Positions 1 to 9,338 of a stretch of 64,000 nucleotides of DNA are shown here, piece after piece (positions within the stretch are counted from its first letter, which is position 1; each line of letters begins with the position of its first letter). The translations under genes were made by a program, and so were the position numbers. Source of the stretch: an uncultured virus (IMG/VR IMGVR_UViG_3300032286_001748). Taxonomy: Duplodnaviria > Heunggongvirae > Uroviricota > Caudoviricetes. Below the pieces are notes generated by a model, which was not told where the DNA came from, made no database searches, and saw only the letters and a program-made list of their open reading frames with translations. The DNA lies in the IMG/VR virus record IMGVR_UViG_3300032286_001748. The stretch is one strand, 5' to 3'.

Positions 1-377
1 TAGAGGAACTGGAGCACGGCCGGGGTGGGGGCGGCTCCGATCCCGCGGAGGAGGGCGCGGTAGAAGGGGTCGTCCGCGCGGCCGGCGCGCACGGGGGCCG
101 GCTCTGGGGCGGGAGCCGCCTCCGGCGGGGCCTCCGGAGCGGAGATCGCCTCGGGCGGTGCGGGGGGCGGGGTGTCCGTGCGCGGCGGGGCCACGGCGGC
201 CTGCGCGCGCTTCGGCCAGAGGACGGCCGCGGTAGCGGCGGCGGTCACGAGCAGCACAAAACCGAGGCGCTGGCCGCTCGACGCGCTCCCCGTGGCGCCC
301 GGCCGCGCCGGTCGGCCGCGCAGCTCGGACGCGACCGCGAGCGAGCCGAGGGCCGCGATGGGGAGGAGAGCGCTCAT
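1..377 (-). CDS. Membrane-anchored Pro-rich protein, possibly a cell-wall hydrolase (runs off the window edge)
   Basis: Not in the ORF track. Manual translation from ATG 377 (ATGA overlap with the upstream stop): MSALLPIAALGSLAVASELRG...GFVLLVTAAATAAVLWPKR...DDPFYRALLRGIGAAPTPAVLQFL. The last segment resembles the start of phage lytic-enzyme-like domains (recall only). Confidence 0.55.
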   Translation of the reverse strand, partial: MSALLPIAALGSLAVASELRGRPARPGATGSASSGQRLGFVLLVTAAATAAVLWPKRAQAAVAPPRTDTPPPAPPEAISAPEAPPEAAPAPEPAPVRAGRADDPFYRALLRGIGAAPTPAVLQFL

Positions 378-607
378 CCGGGGATCGGAAGGCGGGGGTA
401 GCGCGGGCGACGGACGGGCGTGGGTGCGCGCGGCGTCTGGGCGTCCACATAGAACGCGCCCGCCAGGACCGCGACGATGGAGCCCACGAGGACGTAGCCT
501 AGAACCGGGATACGGGAGGGTGCGGGATCTTCCCCGACCGTCGCACGCCGGGTCGGGTCGGCGGTGACCGCCGTCAGCACGTCGAGGTCAAGGCGGGTGT
601 CATTCAT
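374..607 (-). CDS. Small single-TM membrane protein
   Basis: 77 aa with hydrophobic stretch VLGYVLVGSIVAVLAGAFYV; 4-bp overlaps with both neighbours. Confidence 0.7.
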   Translation of the reverse strand: MNDTRLDLDVLTAVTADPTRRATVGEDPAPSRIPVLGYVLVGSIVAVLAGAFYVDAQTPRAPTPVRRPRYPRLPIPG

Positions 608-1488
608 CGGGCACCGGGGGTGGCTCGGATCTCCGTGGCCACCGCGGACGCGGTGACCCCGTCGTACCAGCGGTCGTGGAGGGGGAAATGGGGAAGCGCG
701 CGGGAGAGGGCCGCCCCGCTCCGATAGCCCGCGCGCACGGCCACGTCACGGACCCACGCCGGGAAGGGCGTCCGCCCGGCGCGGGCCGCGCCCCGGAGCG
801 CCTGTCGCGCCACCCGTTTCTGCGGGGAGGGGGTCCGTTTGTTGAAGCTCCCCTCGTCCTCGTAGTCGAGGAGCACGAAGCGCCCGTCGTACCGGCCCCA
901 GTTCTGGGCCCCGTACACGTCCCGCGTCAAGGCGCCCGGCGCCTGCCGCTGGCCCAAGTCCAGCCAGCGTTCCTGCGCGTCCCGCAGGGCCTCTTTGTCG
1001 GCGGCGGAGAGGCGGGCCTCCTCACGACTGTCGCGCGCGACCGGCTCCACCTCGGGGAACACGATCACCCCGGGCGGATAAACGAAGTCGAGCGGGGGCA
1101 GCATCATCCTTCGCACGTCGTCGTCGGCCTCCGACCAAGCGTTGTACTCGCTCTCGCTCCGCAGCGTGCCGTCGTAGCGCCACGGGAGCTTCGCCACGAC
1201 GCCGGGGGCGACGAGGACAGCGACCCGGCTGTAGCCGAAGCCCAGCACCGGAACCCCGAGGGCCTCTTCCAGATCGGCGTGCGAGAAGCTGTAGACGTTG
1301 GGATCGAACTCGACCTCGGTGGGGTCGTCCCCTGCGGCCTCGATCACGTTGCGCGTCCATAGCCTGAGCCGACCGGCGAGGTCGCGCACCCGGGCACGGT
1401 CGAGCGCCTGCGCGCTCCCCAGCCGCTTCCGGACGGTGGAGGCGAGGACGAACCCGCTGAGGATGCCGAAGGTGAGGGGAAGGCTCAT
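604..1488 (-). CDS. Protein kinase-like enzyme with tag A leader
   Basis: Start reassigned to ATG 1488 (ATGA overlap). Gly loop LGFGYSRVAV, VAK lysine, D-x4-NWG catalytic-loop-like segment, LLDY (DFG-like). Confidence 0.7.
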   Translation of the reverse strand: MSLPLTFGILSGFVLASTVRKRLGSAQALDRARVRDLAGRLRLWTRNVIEAAGDDPTEVEFDPNVYSFSHADLEEALGVPVLGFGYSRVAVLVAPGVVAKLPWRYDGTLRSESEYNAWSEADDDVRRMMLPPLDFVYPPGVIVFPEVEPVARDSREEARLSAADKEALRDAQERWLDLGQRQAPGALTRDVYGAQNWGRYDGRFVLLDYEDEGSFNKRTPSPQKRVARQALRGAARAGRTPFPAWVRDVAVRAGYRSGAALSRALPHFPLHDRWYDGVTASAVATEIRATPGAR

Positions 1489-2768
1489 GCGGAGGTCCTG
1501 GAGCGCCAGCTCCACCATCCGATCCCCCCAAGCAACGCGGCGCCCACGATCATCGGGGCCCACGGAAGAGGAGCAGGGAGCGGAGGCGCGGCGGGGGTGG
1601 GATCGAGGTAGGGCTGGGGGATGGCGATCTGCCCCCGCTTCGGGCGGAACAGGCGGCGCAGCCACGGGAGCGGGCCCGAGAGCCGCCGGACGACCGCCGG
1701 GTTGGCGCGCCGCTTCCGGGGCGCGTCGGCCCCGAAGCGCTTCGTGAGCTTCGCGCCCGCCTCATAGGTCGCCGCTCCCTTCGCGGGGAGCGCCGTCTGC
1801 GCGTAGGCGGACAGGTCGAGATCTTGCTTCCGGCCCAGCGTCTTGCTGGCTTCGATCTGCGCCTTCACGCTCGTACTGGCCGGCGCGAACTGCGTGGAGA
1901 GGCCCGCGGACGCCGCGAGGCGCGCGTTCTGGGGGAGGTAGGTCGTGTAGCGGACGCCGCCCGAAGCGTACAGCGGGCCCCCCTTCTTGTACGCGGCGGC
2001 CGCGGTGGCCGAGAGCCCGCTCTTCCCAATCTGCTGGGTGACGCTGCCGGAGAGCGCGCGCAGTTCGTTCGGCGTGAACGTGACGGGGCCCAGATCGAGC
2101 GTGGTGCCCGTCTTCGCCAGCCGGAACGAGGGGGGCGCGGAGAACGTGATCTTCCCGCCGTCCGTCTTCACGCTCGATGCGACCCACGCCGCGCCGCCCG
2201 CTCCGGCGAGCAGGACGGTCGCGACTGCGCGCGCCGTCCCGTCGAGCCGGTAGTACAGGTCGGTCAACGACCGGAACACGGGCGAGGATCGGATGTCCTT
2301 CTGGATCTTCGCCACGAGCGTCTTTCGAGCGAGGCTCACCCCCGCGCTCACCGGGGTCGCGCCGAGGATCTGATCCAAGAGCGCGAAGGCCTTGCTGCTC
2401 GACGGGTCGATGCTGCCCTGCCGGTCGGACAGGGCCTGCTTCATCTCCTTGAGGACCGACTTCGCCTCCTCCCGCTCGGGCGCGAGGAAGGGCGTGTCGA
2501 TGTTGTCCGCGATGTACGCGATCATCGTGTCGTAGATCGAGAGGGTGGCCGCATTGGCCTGCTCGGCGGCGGTGTCCGAGAGCAGCTTGATCGCTTTCGC
2601 CTGGTCGGGCACCTTCGCCTCGAGCGCGCGCCATCCCGCCGAGAGCTGGGCGGTGACCGCATCGCGCCACCCCTCGCTGAGGAAACGGAGGGCCTTCTGG
2701 CCGCGCACAGGATCGACCGCAACCGGCTCCGATCCGAACGACGACGTGAGAAGGGTGAGGGCGTCCAT
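1485..2768 (-). CDS. Hypothetical protein with alternating beta-strand region and C-terminal TM anchor
   Basis: 427 aa; amphipathic strands such as GGVRYTTY, AQIEASK, YEAGAKLTKRF; C-terminal hydrophobic helix MIVGAALLGGIGWW. Confidence 0.7.
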   Translation of the reverse strand: MDALTLLTSSFGSEPVAVDPVRGQKALRFLSEGWRDAVTAQLSAGWRALEAKVPDQAKAIKLLSDTAAEQANAATLSIYDTMIAYIADNIDTPFLAPEREEAKSVLKEMKQALSDRQGSIDPSSSKAFALLDQILGATPVSAGVSLARKTLVAKIQKDIRSSPVFRSLTDLYYRLDGTARAVATVLLAGAGGAAWVASSVKTDGGKITFSAPPSFRLAKTGTTLDLGPVTFTPNELRALSGSVTQQIGKSGLSATAAAAYKKGGPLYASGGVRYTTYLPQNARLAASAGLSTQFAPASTSVKAQIEASKTLGRKQDLDLSAYAQTALPAKGAATYEAGAKLTKRFGADAPRKRRANPAVVRRLSGPLPWLRRLFRPKRGQIAIPQPYLDPTPAAPPLPAPLPWAPMIVGAALLGGIGWWSWRSRTSA

Positions 2769-2901
2769 CGGCGTCCCCTATCGCGCGCGGCGCAGCGTGG
2801 ACAGCGCGCTCCCGCGCCGCCCGGCACGGGAGCCCTGGAGCGCACAAAGCGGAGAGAGGCGCATGAGGAACGATTCTACCGCACCTCTCCCCCGATCGTC
2901 C

Positions 2902-3285
2902 CTACGCCCAGTCGGTCCCGTTCACCGCGTCCATCGGGCCCTCCGTCCCGGTAGCGCACTCCCGCACGGTGTCGATGAACTGGAGCATGACCTCGTCCCG
3001 CAAGAACACGGCGAGCGCGCCGCTGCGCTCCACCGTGTTGTGGCCCACCCAGAGGGTCTCAAACGCGAGCGAGAGCAGGGAGGCCGCGAGGAGCTGGAGG
3101 GCGTCCGCGTAGAGCGTCTCCATGTCCTGCGCCTCGGGCGAGAACGACTCGACGGTGAGGATCACCGCGTCGTCGCAGCAGAGGTCCAGCTCCACCCGGC
3201 GCAGGGCCGGGAAGTCGCGGCGCACCACGGTCAGGTGGTCGTGGAGGGGGAGGACGAGGGGGCGAGGCGAGACGGGGAGAGGCAT
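2902..3285 (-). CDS. Hypothetical protein
   Basis: Globular composition; GGAG upstream of ATG 3285 (MPLPVSPRPLVL). Confidence 0.55.
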   Translation of the reverse strand: MPLPVSPRPLVLPLHDHLTVVRRDFPALRRVELDLCCDDAVILTVESFSPEAQDMETLYADALQLLAASLLSLAFETLWVGHNTVERSGALAVFLRDEVMLQFIDTVRECATGTEGPMDAVNGTDWA

Positions 3286-3361
3286 GGATGCTCCGGGGAG
3301 GTGCGGAAGAAGCCCGCACCCCAGATGTGCCCACGCCTTGTCCAAAGACAAGCACCTCCCT

Positions 3362-3565
3362 TTATTCCTCGTCTTTCGCTGCCTCTTCGGTCGAGGCTGC
3401 GTCCGCGGGCGCGGCCGGGGCGGTCGCGGACGCGGGGGGCGCGGCCTCGGCGGCCGGGGCGGTCACGGCCTCGGGGGCCACGGCCTCGGGGGCCACGGCC
3501 TCGGGGGCCACGGCCTCGGGGGTCGGGAAGATCGAGGGACACGCCATCAAGAGAAGGAAAAGCAT
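3362..3565 (-). CDS. Small putative lipoprotein with (PEAVA)n repeats
   Basis: MLFLLLMAC very short hydrophobic leader ending in Cys; GGAG RBS; four 15-bp repeats at about 3463-3521. Confidence 0.6.
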   Translation of the reverse strand: MLFLLLMACPSIFPTPEAVAPEAVAPEAVAPEAVTAPAAEAAPPASATAPAAPADAASTEEAAKDEE

Positions 3566-3612
3566 GGAAGCTCCACGGGGGAGGCGCGGTGTACCACCGA
3601 GGAGGGGGAGGG

Positions 3613-3870
3613 TCAAGCGCTCCGAAAGGAGACCGCCCGCCACAGCCGGGCCTGGCGTCCCCGCCGGGTGCGCCCGGTCTGGCCGGAGTCCTCAACGAAG
3701 CCCAGCTTGACCAACTCGCCCCGGCGGGGCGTCTGCGTCTGGGAGCCGAGGCCCAGATCGCGCTGCATCTGCTCGTCCGTCGCGCCGAACGGGCGCTCGA
3801 GCAGGTAGAGGTAGATGCGGTGGCGCAGCGAGAAGGGCGAGGGGAGGGGTGCGGCGGGTGTGTCGGGCAT
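3613..3870 (-). CDS. Winged-helix DNA-binding protein
   Basis: GATDEQMQRDLGL..QTPRRGELVKLGFVEDSG..GRTRRGRQARLW matches a common small phage wHTH pattern; GGAG RBS. Confidence 0.7.
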   Translation of the reverse strand: MPDTPAAPLPSPFSLRHRIYLYLLERPFGATDEQMQRDLGLGSQTQTPRRGELVKLGFVEDSGQTGRTRRGRQARLWRAVSFRSA

Positions 3871-3953
3871 GGGGACTCCACGCCCGGCGTAGCCGAAGCC
3901 CTGTCATTCGTCAATGTGTTCGACGGGCCTCCTCACCGAGGAGACGCGCCCGC

Positions 3954-4319
3954 TCAGGAGGCGCTGCCCTGTCGGATCTCCGCCTCGCTCTTCTTCTTCT
4001 GCGCGGCGTAGAGGCTGCTCACGCCGATGAGAATACCGGCGGGGACCGCGTAGGAGAGGGCGCCGACCTTGGCGAACCGCGCGGCGCCCACCTCGGGGTA
4101 CATCACGCGACCCACGAGCGCGCTCACGCCCGAGGCGACACCCGTCGCGAGCGCGAAGCCTGCGAGCGCCATGCCCACGCCGCGCGTGTCGGGCGCCGGG
4201 GCGGGGGCCGCGGGGACCGCCGAAGCAGGCGCGAGGGGGGAGATCGTCCCGTCCTTCGGGGCGGCCCCGTACATCGCGAGGGTGGGGGTGACGAGGGAGG
4301 TGAGGTAGGTTTCCGCCAT
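3954..4319 (-). CDS. Two-TM membrane protein
   Basis: Start MAETYLTS at 4319 after TGGAGTCTTCC; two hydrophobic helices. Confidence 0.7.
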   Translation of the reverse strand: MAETYLTSLVTPTLAMYGAAPKDGTISPLAPASAVPAAPAPAPDTRGVGMALAGFALATGVASGVSALVGRVMYPEVGAARFAKVGALSYAVPAGILIGVSSLYAAQKKKSEAEIRQGSAS

Positions 4320-4354
4320 GGAAGACTCCAGAGACAACAGAGAGGAGGCGCGCG

Positions 4355-5080
4355 TCACGCGCCCAGATCGCGCAGGAGCTTCCGGCGCTGGAGGTTGCGT
4401 TCCTGTCCGACCGCGAGCGCAGACGCCGTGGAGGTGCTGGCAGCGCGGATGGCCGGGCCGACGAGGTAGACGGTCGCCACGATCCCAAGGCCGACGACCC
4501 CGTACTTCACCATCTGGACGTAGTCGGGGGCCGCTGGATCTGTCTTGGGGCTGCGACTGTCGGGCGCGTAGTCGGCCGCCGTGGCGCGGGCCCCCGTGTC
4601 GGTCTGGATCTGGGACACCACGGGGGTCTGGTAGGACGCCTGCCAGGCCTGCCCGATCGCGAGGCGGTCGCTGGTGCTCGCCGCCGCGTACTGCGTGTTC
4701 CACTCCCCGATCCACCGGTCGACCGTCGCGTTGAAGGCGGTCTGCACCTCGGGGGGCATCCCGCCCTGCACCAGCTCGCGCTTCGCGCGCTCGGAGAGGT
4801 CGAGCCACCCCGGCTGCGCGCTCCAACCCTGCGGGCCGTAGTACTGAATGCGAAGGGTTCGGATCTTCGTCCAGACGGCCTTGGCCGCGTCGTTCCACGC
4901 GCCCTTCTGGTACGCGACCATGTAGAACCAGCGCGCGAGGGCCATCCGCACCTCGGGCGGCTTGCCGATGGGCGGGCGCATGGGAATAACCTTCTCCGGC
5001 ACGTCGGTCGGGAGGGTGAAGGTGTCGGTCTCCGCGCCGAAGGCGGGGGCGACGAGCGCCAGGAGCAGGCTATCCGCCAC
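4355..5080 (-). CDS. Protein with C-terminal TM tail shared with 10123..11358
   Basis: GTG start with GGAG; tail KYGVVGLGIVATVYLVGPAIRAASTSTASALAVGQERNLQRRKLLRDL. Confidence 0.7.
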   Translation of the reverse strand: MADSLLLALVAPAFGAETDTFTLPTDVPEKVIPMRPPIGKPPEVRMALARWFYMVAYQKGAWNDAAKAVWTKIRTLRIQYYGPQGWSAQPGWLDLSERAKRELVQGGMPPEVQTAFNATVDRWIGEWNTQYAAASTSDRLAIGQAWQASYQTPVVSQIQTDTGARATAADYAPDSRSPKTDPAAPDYVQMVKYGVVGLGIVATVYLVGPAIRAASTSTASALAVGQERNLQRRKLLRDLGA

Positions 5081-5720
5081 GCGCGCTCCTGGAGAGGAAG
5101 AGGTCCGCCGCGAGCGCAACCGTGCCCGTCGCCGCGCCGAGGGCCGACGCCGCGGTCGCGTTCTTCGCCCCGAGCACCGCCGCGCTGGTCCCGCCCGCCA
5201 CCATGCCGATCTGGCTGCCCAGCTTCCCGCCGTAGACGTAGCCCAGGGTCGCGCCCGCGAGGACCCCGGCGCCCGCCGCCGCGCCGCGCCCCGCGCCGAC
5301 GCCGGTTACCTTGCCGATCGCCGCCCCCGTCACCACCGGGAACGCCAGGATCGAGAGGCTACGCAGCGTGTGCGCCTGCTTCTCTGCGCGCTGGATCTCG
5401 GGCGGGAGGGCCGGCGGCTCCGCGGGGCGCAGGAGGGCGGGCACGAACAGGTGGTCGAACGGGTTCTCCTCGCGCACCCGGGTCGTCCAGTCCTCGGGCG
5501 AGAGGCGCTCGTCCTTCTTCGCCCCGACGACCCGAATCCCCCGGCCCGACACCTCAAAGACCCGCGCGCGGTAGTACGCCACGCCCTGCGGGCCGTAGAC
5601 GTGGACGAGCATGCCCACGCGGGGCTTCGGGGCCACACGGGTCCGGTACTCCGCCGTTGCGAGGGGGGAGAGGTTGGTCGAACCGCGAGGGGCGGCGGTG
5701 AGGGTGTCGAGGAGGGTCAT
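5070..5720 (-). CDS. Glycine-zipper membrane protein
   Basis: C-terminal GxxxG-rich hydrophobic region (GAAAGAGVLAGATLG...). Confidence 0.65.
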   Translation of the reverse strand: MTLLDTLTAAPRGSTNLSPLATAEYRTRVAPKPRVGMLVHVYGPQGVAYYRARVFEVSGRGIRVVGAKKDERLSPEDWTTRVREENPFDHLFVPALLRPAEPPALPPEIQRAEKQAHTLRSLSILAFPVVTGAAIGKVTGVGAGRGAAAGAGVLAGATLGYVYGGKLGSQIGMVAGGTSAAVLGAKNATAASALGAATGTVALAADLFLSRSARGG

Positions 5721-5729
5721 GGGGCTCCG

Positions 5730-6266
5730 TCAGGCCCGGTTCATGGGCGAGCGCTCGTTGGTGGAGATGGCCGGGCCTTGCACCCAGGTCGCACAGGTCC
5801 GCGTGGACGCGCACTTGAAGTTGTGCGCCCAGCAGTAGCCGAGGACGGCCCCCGACGCCATCGCGGCCGCCTCGTAGGCGTCCGGGGCGTAGCTCCGGGG
5901 CATGCAGGCCTTCATCGTGGGCGACACGTCGAAGACCCCGCAGTTGCCGCAGCGCATCGTCTTCGTCTCTGCGATCTGCTCGGCGCTGGGGTTCTGCGAC
6001 CAGCGACTCGCGATCTTCTTCCAGAACCAGAGCGAGGGGATGCCGGGGTTCGGCGGGCCGTAGTCAAACATCCGGATCGCCCGGTCCCGGTTCGACGTGT
6101 TCAGCGCGATGTCCTGCGTCGGGGCCGGGCAGGCCGGGCCCGCCTTCGCGCGGGAACCGCGGCGACGGAGGAGGGGGAGGTAGGGGTTCATGCGCGACTC
6201 CGCGAGGAGGGAAGCGGCGGCGAGGGCGCCGACGGAGAGGAGGGTGAGGGGGAGGCCGTTTTTCAT
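5730..6266 (-). CDS. Cys-rich conserved phage protein with tag A leader
   Basis: CPAPTQDIALN..NR, YGPPNP, RCGNC, LGYC..HNFKC..RTC..W: pattern recalled from uncultured-phage hypothetical proteins. Confidence 0.7.
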   Translation of the reverse strand: MKNGLPLTLLSVGALAAASLLAESRMNPYLPLLRRRGSRAKAGPACPAPTQDIALNTSNRDRAIRMFDYGPPNPGIPSLWFWKKIASRWSQNPSAEQIAETKTMRCGNCGVFDVSPTMKACMPRSYAPDAYEAAAMASGAVLGYCWAHNFKCASTRTCATWVQGPAISTNERSPMNRA

Positions 6267-6940
6267 CGGTACACCGTCCCGTCGAGCACGAAGGCGCGGA
6301 TGGAGACGGCCGGGGCGAACTTCACGCGCGGGTCGGGCTGGATGCGGGCACCCCGGAGCATCGCGGGGGTGAAGTCGCGGGCCCGGAACCCCGAGCGGAA
6401 GAAGATCTGAACCGGCACGCGCACGTCCCCGGCGAAGCGGCGGATCGCCTGCATCCGGTGGCGCCCCTCGTGGCTCCGCACCCGCAGGCCGCCGAACACG
6501 GGCCCAAGATCGTCCTCGATGTCGTAGGGGGAGATCGGAAGGCCGTCCCGGTCGAGGACCTCGACGACGAGGAACGGGGGGCCGAACGCGGCCCCCTCGC
6601 GCAGCTTGGCCTCGAGCCCCTTCACGAGGTCGCTCGCGCCGTCGATGGGCGGGTTCAGCGCCAGCCAGTCGGAGACCGGCATCCAGACGACGAAGCCCTT
6701 GTAGGTGATGTTCGCGTTGTCCGACACCTCTCCGATCCCCTCGCGCGGGTCGAAGGTCACCGTCGCGCCCCGCTCCGAGGTGACGGTGTAGGGGCGCTCG
6801 GGGTCGAAGGCGTCCCCGTCCCGCAGCACACCGAGGGAGGCCTCGGGGAGGGGGGAGCGAGAGCCACGCCGACGCACGGCGCCCGCCACCGCGAGCGCGC
6901 CGACGGAGAGCAGGGCGAGGGGGAGGCCAGAGCGACTCAT
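6263..6940 (-). CDS. ParB/sulfiredoxin-like domain protein with tag A leader
   Basis: HEGRHRMQAI resembles the ParB-N GxxR motif, followed by VPV; ATG 6940 overlaps the upstream stop. Confidence 0.65.
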   Translation of the reverse strand: MSRSGLPLALLSVGALAVAGAVRRRGSRSPLPEASLGVLRDGDAFDPERPYTVTSERGATVTFDPREGIGEVSDNANITYKGFVVWMPVSDWLALNPPIDGASDLVKGLEAKLREGAAFGPPFLVVEVLDRDGLPISPYDIEDDLGPVFGGLRVRSHEGRHRMQAIRRFAGDVRVPVQIFFRSGFRARDFTPAMLRGARIQPDPRVKFAPAVSIRAFVLDGTVYR

Positions 6941-7581
6941 CGGTTCTCCACGCGGCGCGCCAGCTCGACCAGCCACGCCGCGAACGCGGGAGGGGTCAGG
7001 TGACGCTTCGACTTCGCCATCCGCTCGATCACGCCGCGCGAGACGCGCCCCTCGACCCGCGAGGGCGGAGGCGGGACCTGTTCGGGGAGCGGGGGGATCC
7101 GATTCGGCGGAACCCCCACAATGTAGAGCCACGTCCGCTTCTCGGCCGGATGGCCCCACCAGTGCTGCGACACCTCGATCGTGTAGCCGCCCCAGGCGTC
7201 CGGCGGCTCCCCGGGCTTCGGCATCCCCATCGCGCGCCAGAGCTTGCTGCGGCGCGGGTGCTCCAGAACGCCGCCCCAGGTCCGGACCTGATCGACCGCG
7301 ACCGGGCCCGTGCGTCCGTCGTCATGGGCGCGGGCCGAGTAGTTGCCCCAGTGCCCACACGGAGGATGGGCCACGACCGGATCGGGCCCGGCGTAGGTTG
7401 TTGCGTCCTCCTCCGCGCCGTAGGCCGCCACGCCGGGGAGGGCCGCATACGGCCCCCGGCGCAGATCGACGTACAGGGCGGCGACCGTCGCAGAGCGGTT
7501 CGCGGCGCCGTGCGCGCGAAACGCGCCCGCCACCGCGAGCGCCGCGACCGCGCCGAGGGCGAGGGGGAGGCCGCTGTTCAT
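6937..7581 (-). CDS. Minimal DNA cytosine-C5 methyltransferase-like protein with tag A leader
   Basis: VVAHPPC (motif IV), GGVLEHP (motif VI variant), Q..WGH.AEKRTWLY, C-terminal TPPAFA. Confidence 0.7.
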   Translation of the reverse strand: MNSGLPLALGAVAALAVAGAFRAHGAANRSATVAALYVDLRRGPYAALPGVAAYGAEEDATTYAGPDPVVAHPPCGHWGNYSARAHDDGRTGPVAVDQVRTWGGVLEHPRRSKLWRAMGMPKPGEPPDAWGGYTIEVSQHWWGHPAEKRTWLYIVGVPPNRIPPLPEQVPPPPSRVEGRVSRGVIERMAKSKRHLTPPAFAAWLVELARRVENR

Positions 7582-8303
7582 CGAACCTGCTCGGCCGCCA
7601 CGAGTCGCTTCTCGACCACGTCCCACGCGATGCGCGGCAGCACCACCTCGAGGTAGCCCTTTCGGTTGTTTTTGCGGTCGAGGTAGTAGGCGTGTTCCCA
7701 CACGTCGATGATGAGCAGCGGGCGCGCGCCGACGAGCACCTCGTTCTGGTGGTTGCCCACCGGCATGAGGACGAGTTGGCGCAGCTCGGGGCTGTACGCG
7801 AGCACGACCCAGCCGCTCCCTTGGATGCCGAGGCCCACGTCTCGGATCTCCCGCAGCGCTTCCTTCACCGAGCCAAAGTCGCGCAGGAGGGACGCACGCG
7901 TGCGCGGCCCTGGCTGGGTCACCGCCGCGCCGTCCGGACGCAGGTTCTCCCAGTAGAGTTTGTGGAGGATGGAGCCTCCCCCGTTGAACATCGCGTTCCG
8001 CCAGACCGGCATCAGCATCGCCACGCGCTGCGCGTCGTCGTAGGTAGCAGCCCGCGCGTTCCGCAGGGCCTGCATCGCGGTGTTGTAGCCCTTGACGTAG
8101 GACGCCTGGTGGGTGGTGTAGTGCTCGGTCACCGTGGCGGGAGACACCGCCGGCACGAGCGCGTCGGTGGCGTAGGGCAGCGGCGGGAGATCGACGGTCG
8201 GCGCGTTGGCCGAGCCCCGGCGCCGGTCGAGCGCGACCGCAGCCCCGATGAGGCCGAGACCGGCGGCCCCGAAGAGGAGCGCGTTGCGGGTGTTCGTCTC
8301 CAT
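7578..8303 (-). CDS. sod: Fe/Mn superoxide dismutase with tag A leader
   Basis: LPPLPYATDALVP, HYTTHQASYV, NGGGSILHKLYWENL, GSGWVVL, DVWEHAYY signature. Confidence 0.95.
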   Translation of the reverse strand: METNTRNALLFGAAGLGLIGAAVALDRRRGSANAPTVDLPPLPYATDALVPAVSPATVTEHYTTHQASYVKGYNTAMQALRNARAATYDDAQRVAMLMPVWRNAMFNGGGSILHKLYWENLRPDGAAVTQPGPRTRASLLRDFGSVKEALREIRDVGLGIQGSGWVVLAYSPELRQLVLMPVGNHQNEVLVGARPLLIIDVWEHAYYLDRKNNRKGYLEVVLPRIAWDVVEKRLVAAEQVR

Positions 8304-8304
8304 G

Positions 8305-8706
8305 TCATTCCTCCGCAGGGTAGCCGTAGCGGGCTATGATCGCGTCTTCAATCGCCTCGTCCAAGGCGAGCGTATCGGCGTAGGCCTCGGTGTAGCGGGA
8401 GGAGACATCGTAGCCCATGACGCCCGAGAGGGTGCGTGCCGCCGCCCTGTCGGTGTAGTCCGAGGACTGCCAGCGGGAGAACGTGTACCACGGGTGCTCG
8501 CTCCGGCTCCCCGACCGGCGTGCGCCCTCGCTGACGGCAGCGAGCACGCCCACCGCGCCCAGCGTGAGCCAGAGGCCGGCGCTGGGGACGCAGGTACACG
8601 GCTTCCCCGGTTCGACGTTGCGGCACCCGCACGGACGGCGGCACGGGCAGGCGCCCGCGCGACGGCAGCGACAGGGGCAGGAATCGGGGCATCCGCAGGG
8701 GGTCAT
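8305..8706 (-). CDS. Protein with metallothionein-like Cys-rich N-terminus, TM helix and GSR motif
   Basis: MTPCGCPDSCPCRCRRAGACPCRRPCGCRNVEPGKPCTC (11 Cys) then GLWLTLGAVGVLAAVSEGARRSGSRS. Confidence 0.65.
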   Translation of the reverse strand: MTPCGCPDSCPCRCRRAGACPCRRPCGCRNVEPGKPCTCVPSAGLWLTLGAVGVLAAVSEGARRSGSRSEHPWYTFSRWQSSDYTDRAAARTLSGVMGYDVSSRYTEAYADTLALDEAIEDAIIARYGYPAEE

Positions 8707-9338
8707 GCGCTTCTCCGGTGGGCGACGGACTGGTCCTGCTCAAGGCCGGGATCGACCTCCCAGAGGCTCACCGCCCGGTCGTCGCGCCGCACCGAGATCT
8801 TCCCGGGAAGCGAGCCCTCAATGCGGACCCCCTGCTGGGCCAGCATCCGCATCCAGACGTTCCGCGTCGGCGCGTGATGCGGGTCGAGGAGCCCCTCCTT
8901 CTGGAGCTGCGCCTCGGCGTTCAAGAGCTTGTCGTAGGCGCCGCGCGCCATCCGATCTTCCATCTTGAACAGCCGCATCAGCGTGCCGGGGGTGATCACC
9001 CGGCTCGACTGGTGGAGCAGCGGCGGGTCGAGCGGCGGGGCCACGGGGTCCACCTGATCGTTCGCGACGACGAAGCGGAGCCGGTGCTGGAGGACGGGGG
9101 CCAGGTCGCGCCCGAACCCCGCCCACATCTCAAAGTCCACCGTGTGCCACTTCCCGAAGGGGCCGACCAGTCCCATCGTGTGCCAGCGGTGCCAGAGGCC
9201 GCGCTCGTCCGGGTAGCGGTCGAGCCACGCCGCGTAGGCGCGGTCCCGCAGAGCCGCGAGCCGGTCGAACAGGGGGCGCGTGTCCTCGTTCGGGACCTCG
9301 TCCCGCCCGATGCGGATCCAACCGGGGTGCTCGATCAC
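8703..9338 (-). CDS. Hypothetical protein
   Basis: GTG 9338 overlaps the upstream TGA; MIEHPGWIRIG...; normal globular composition. Confidence 0.6.
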   Translation of the reverse strand: MIEHPGWIRIGRDEVPNEDTRPLFDRLAALRDRAYAAWLDRYPDERGLWHRWHTMGLVGPFGKWHTVDFEMWAGFGRDLAPVLQHRLRFVVANDQVDPVAPPLDPPLLHQSSRVITPGTLMRLFKMEDRMARGAYDKLLNAEAQLQKEGLLDPHHAPTRNVWMRMLAQQGVRIEGSLPGKISVRRDDRAVSLWEVDPGLEQDQSVAHRRSA

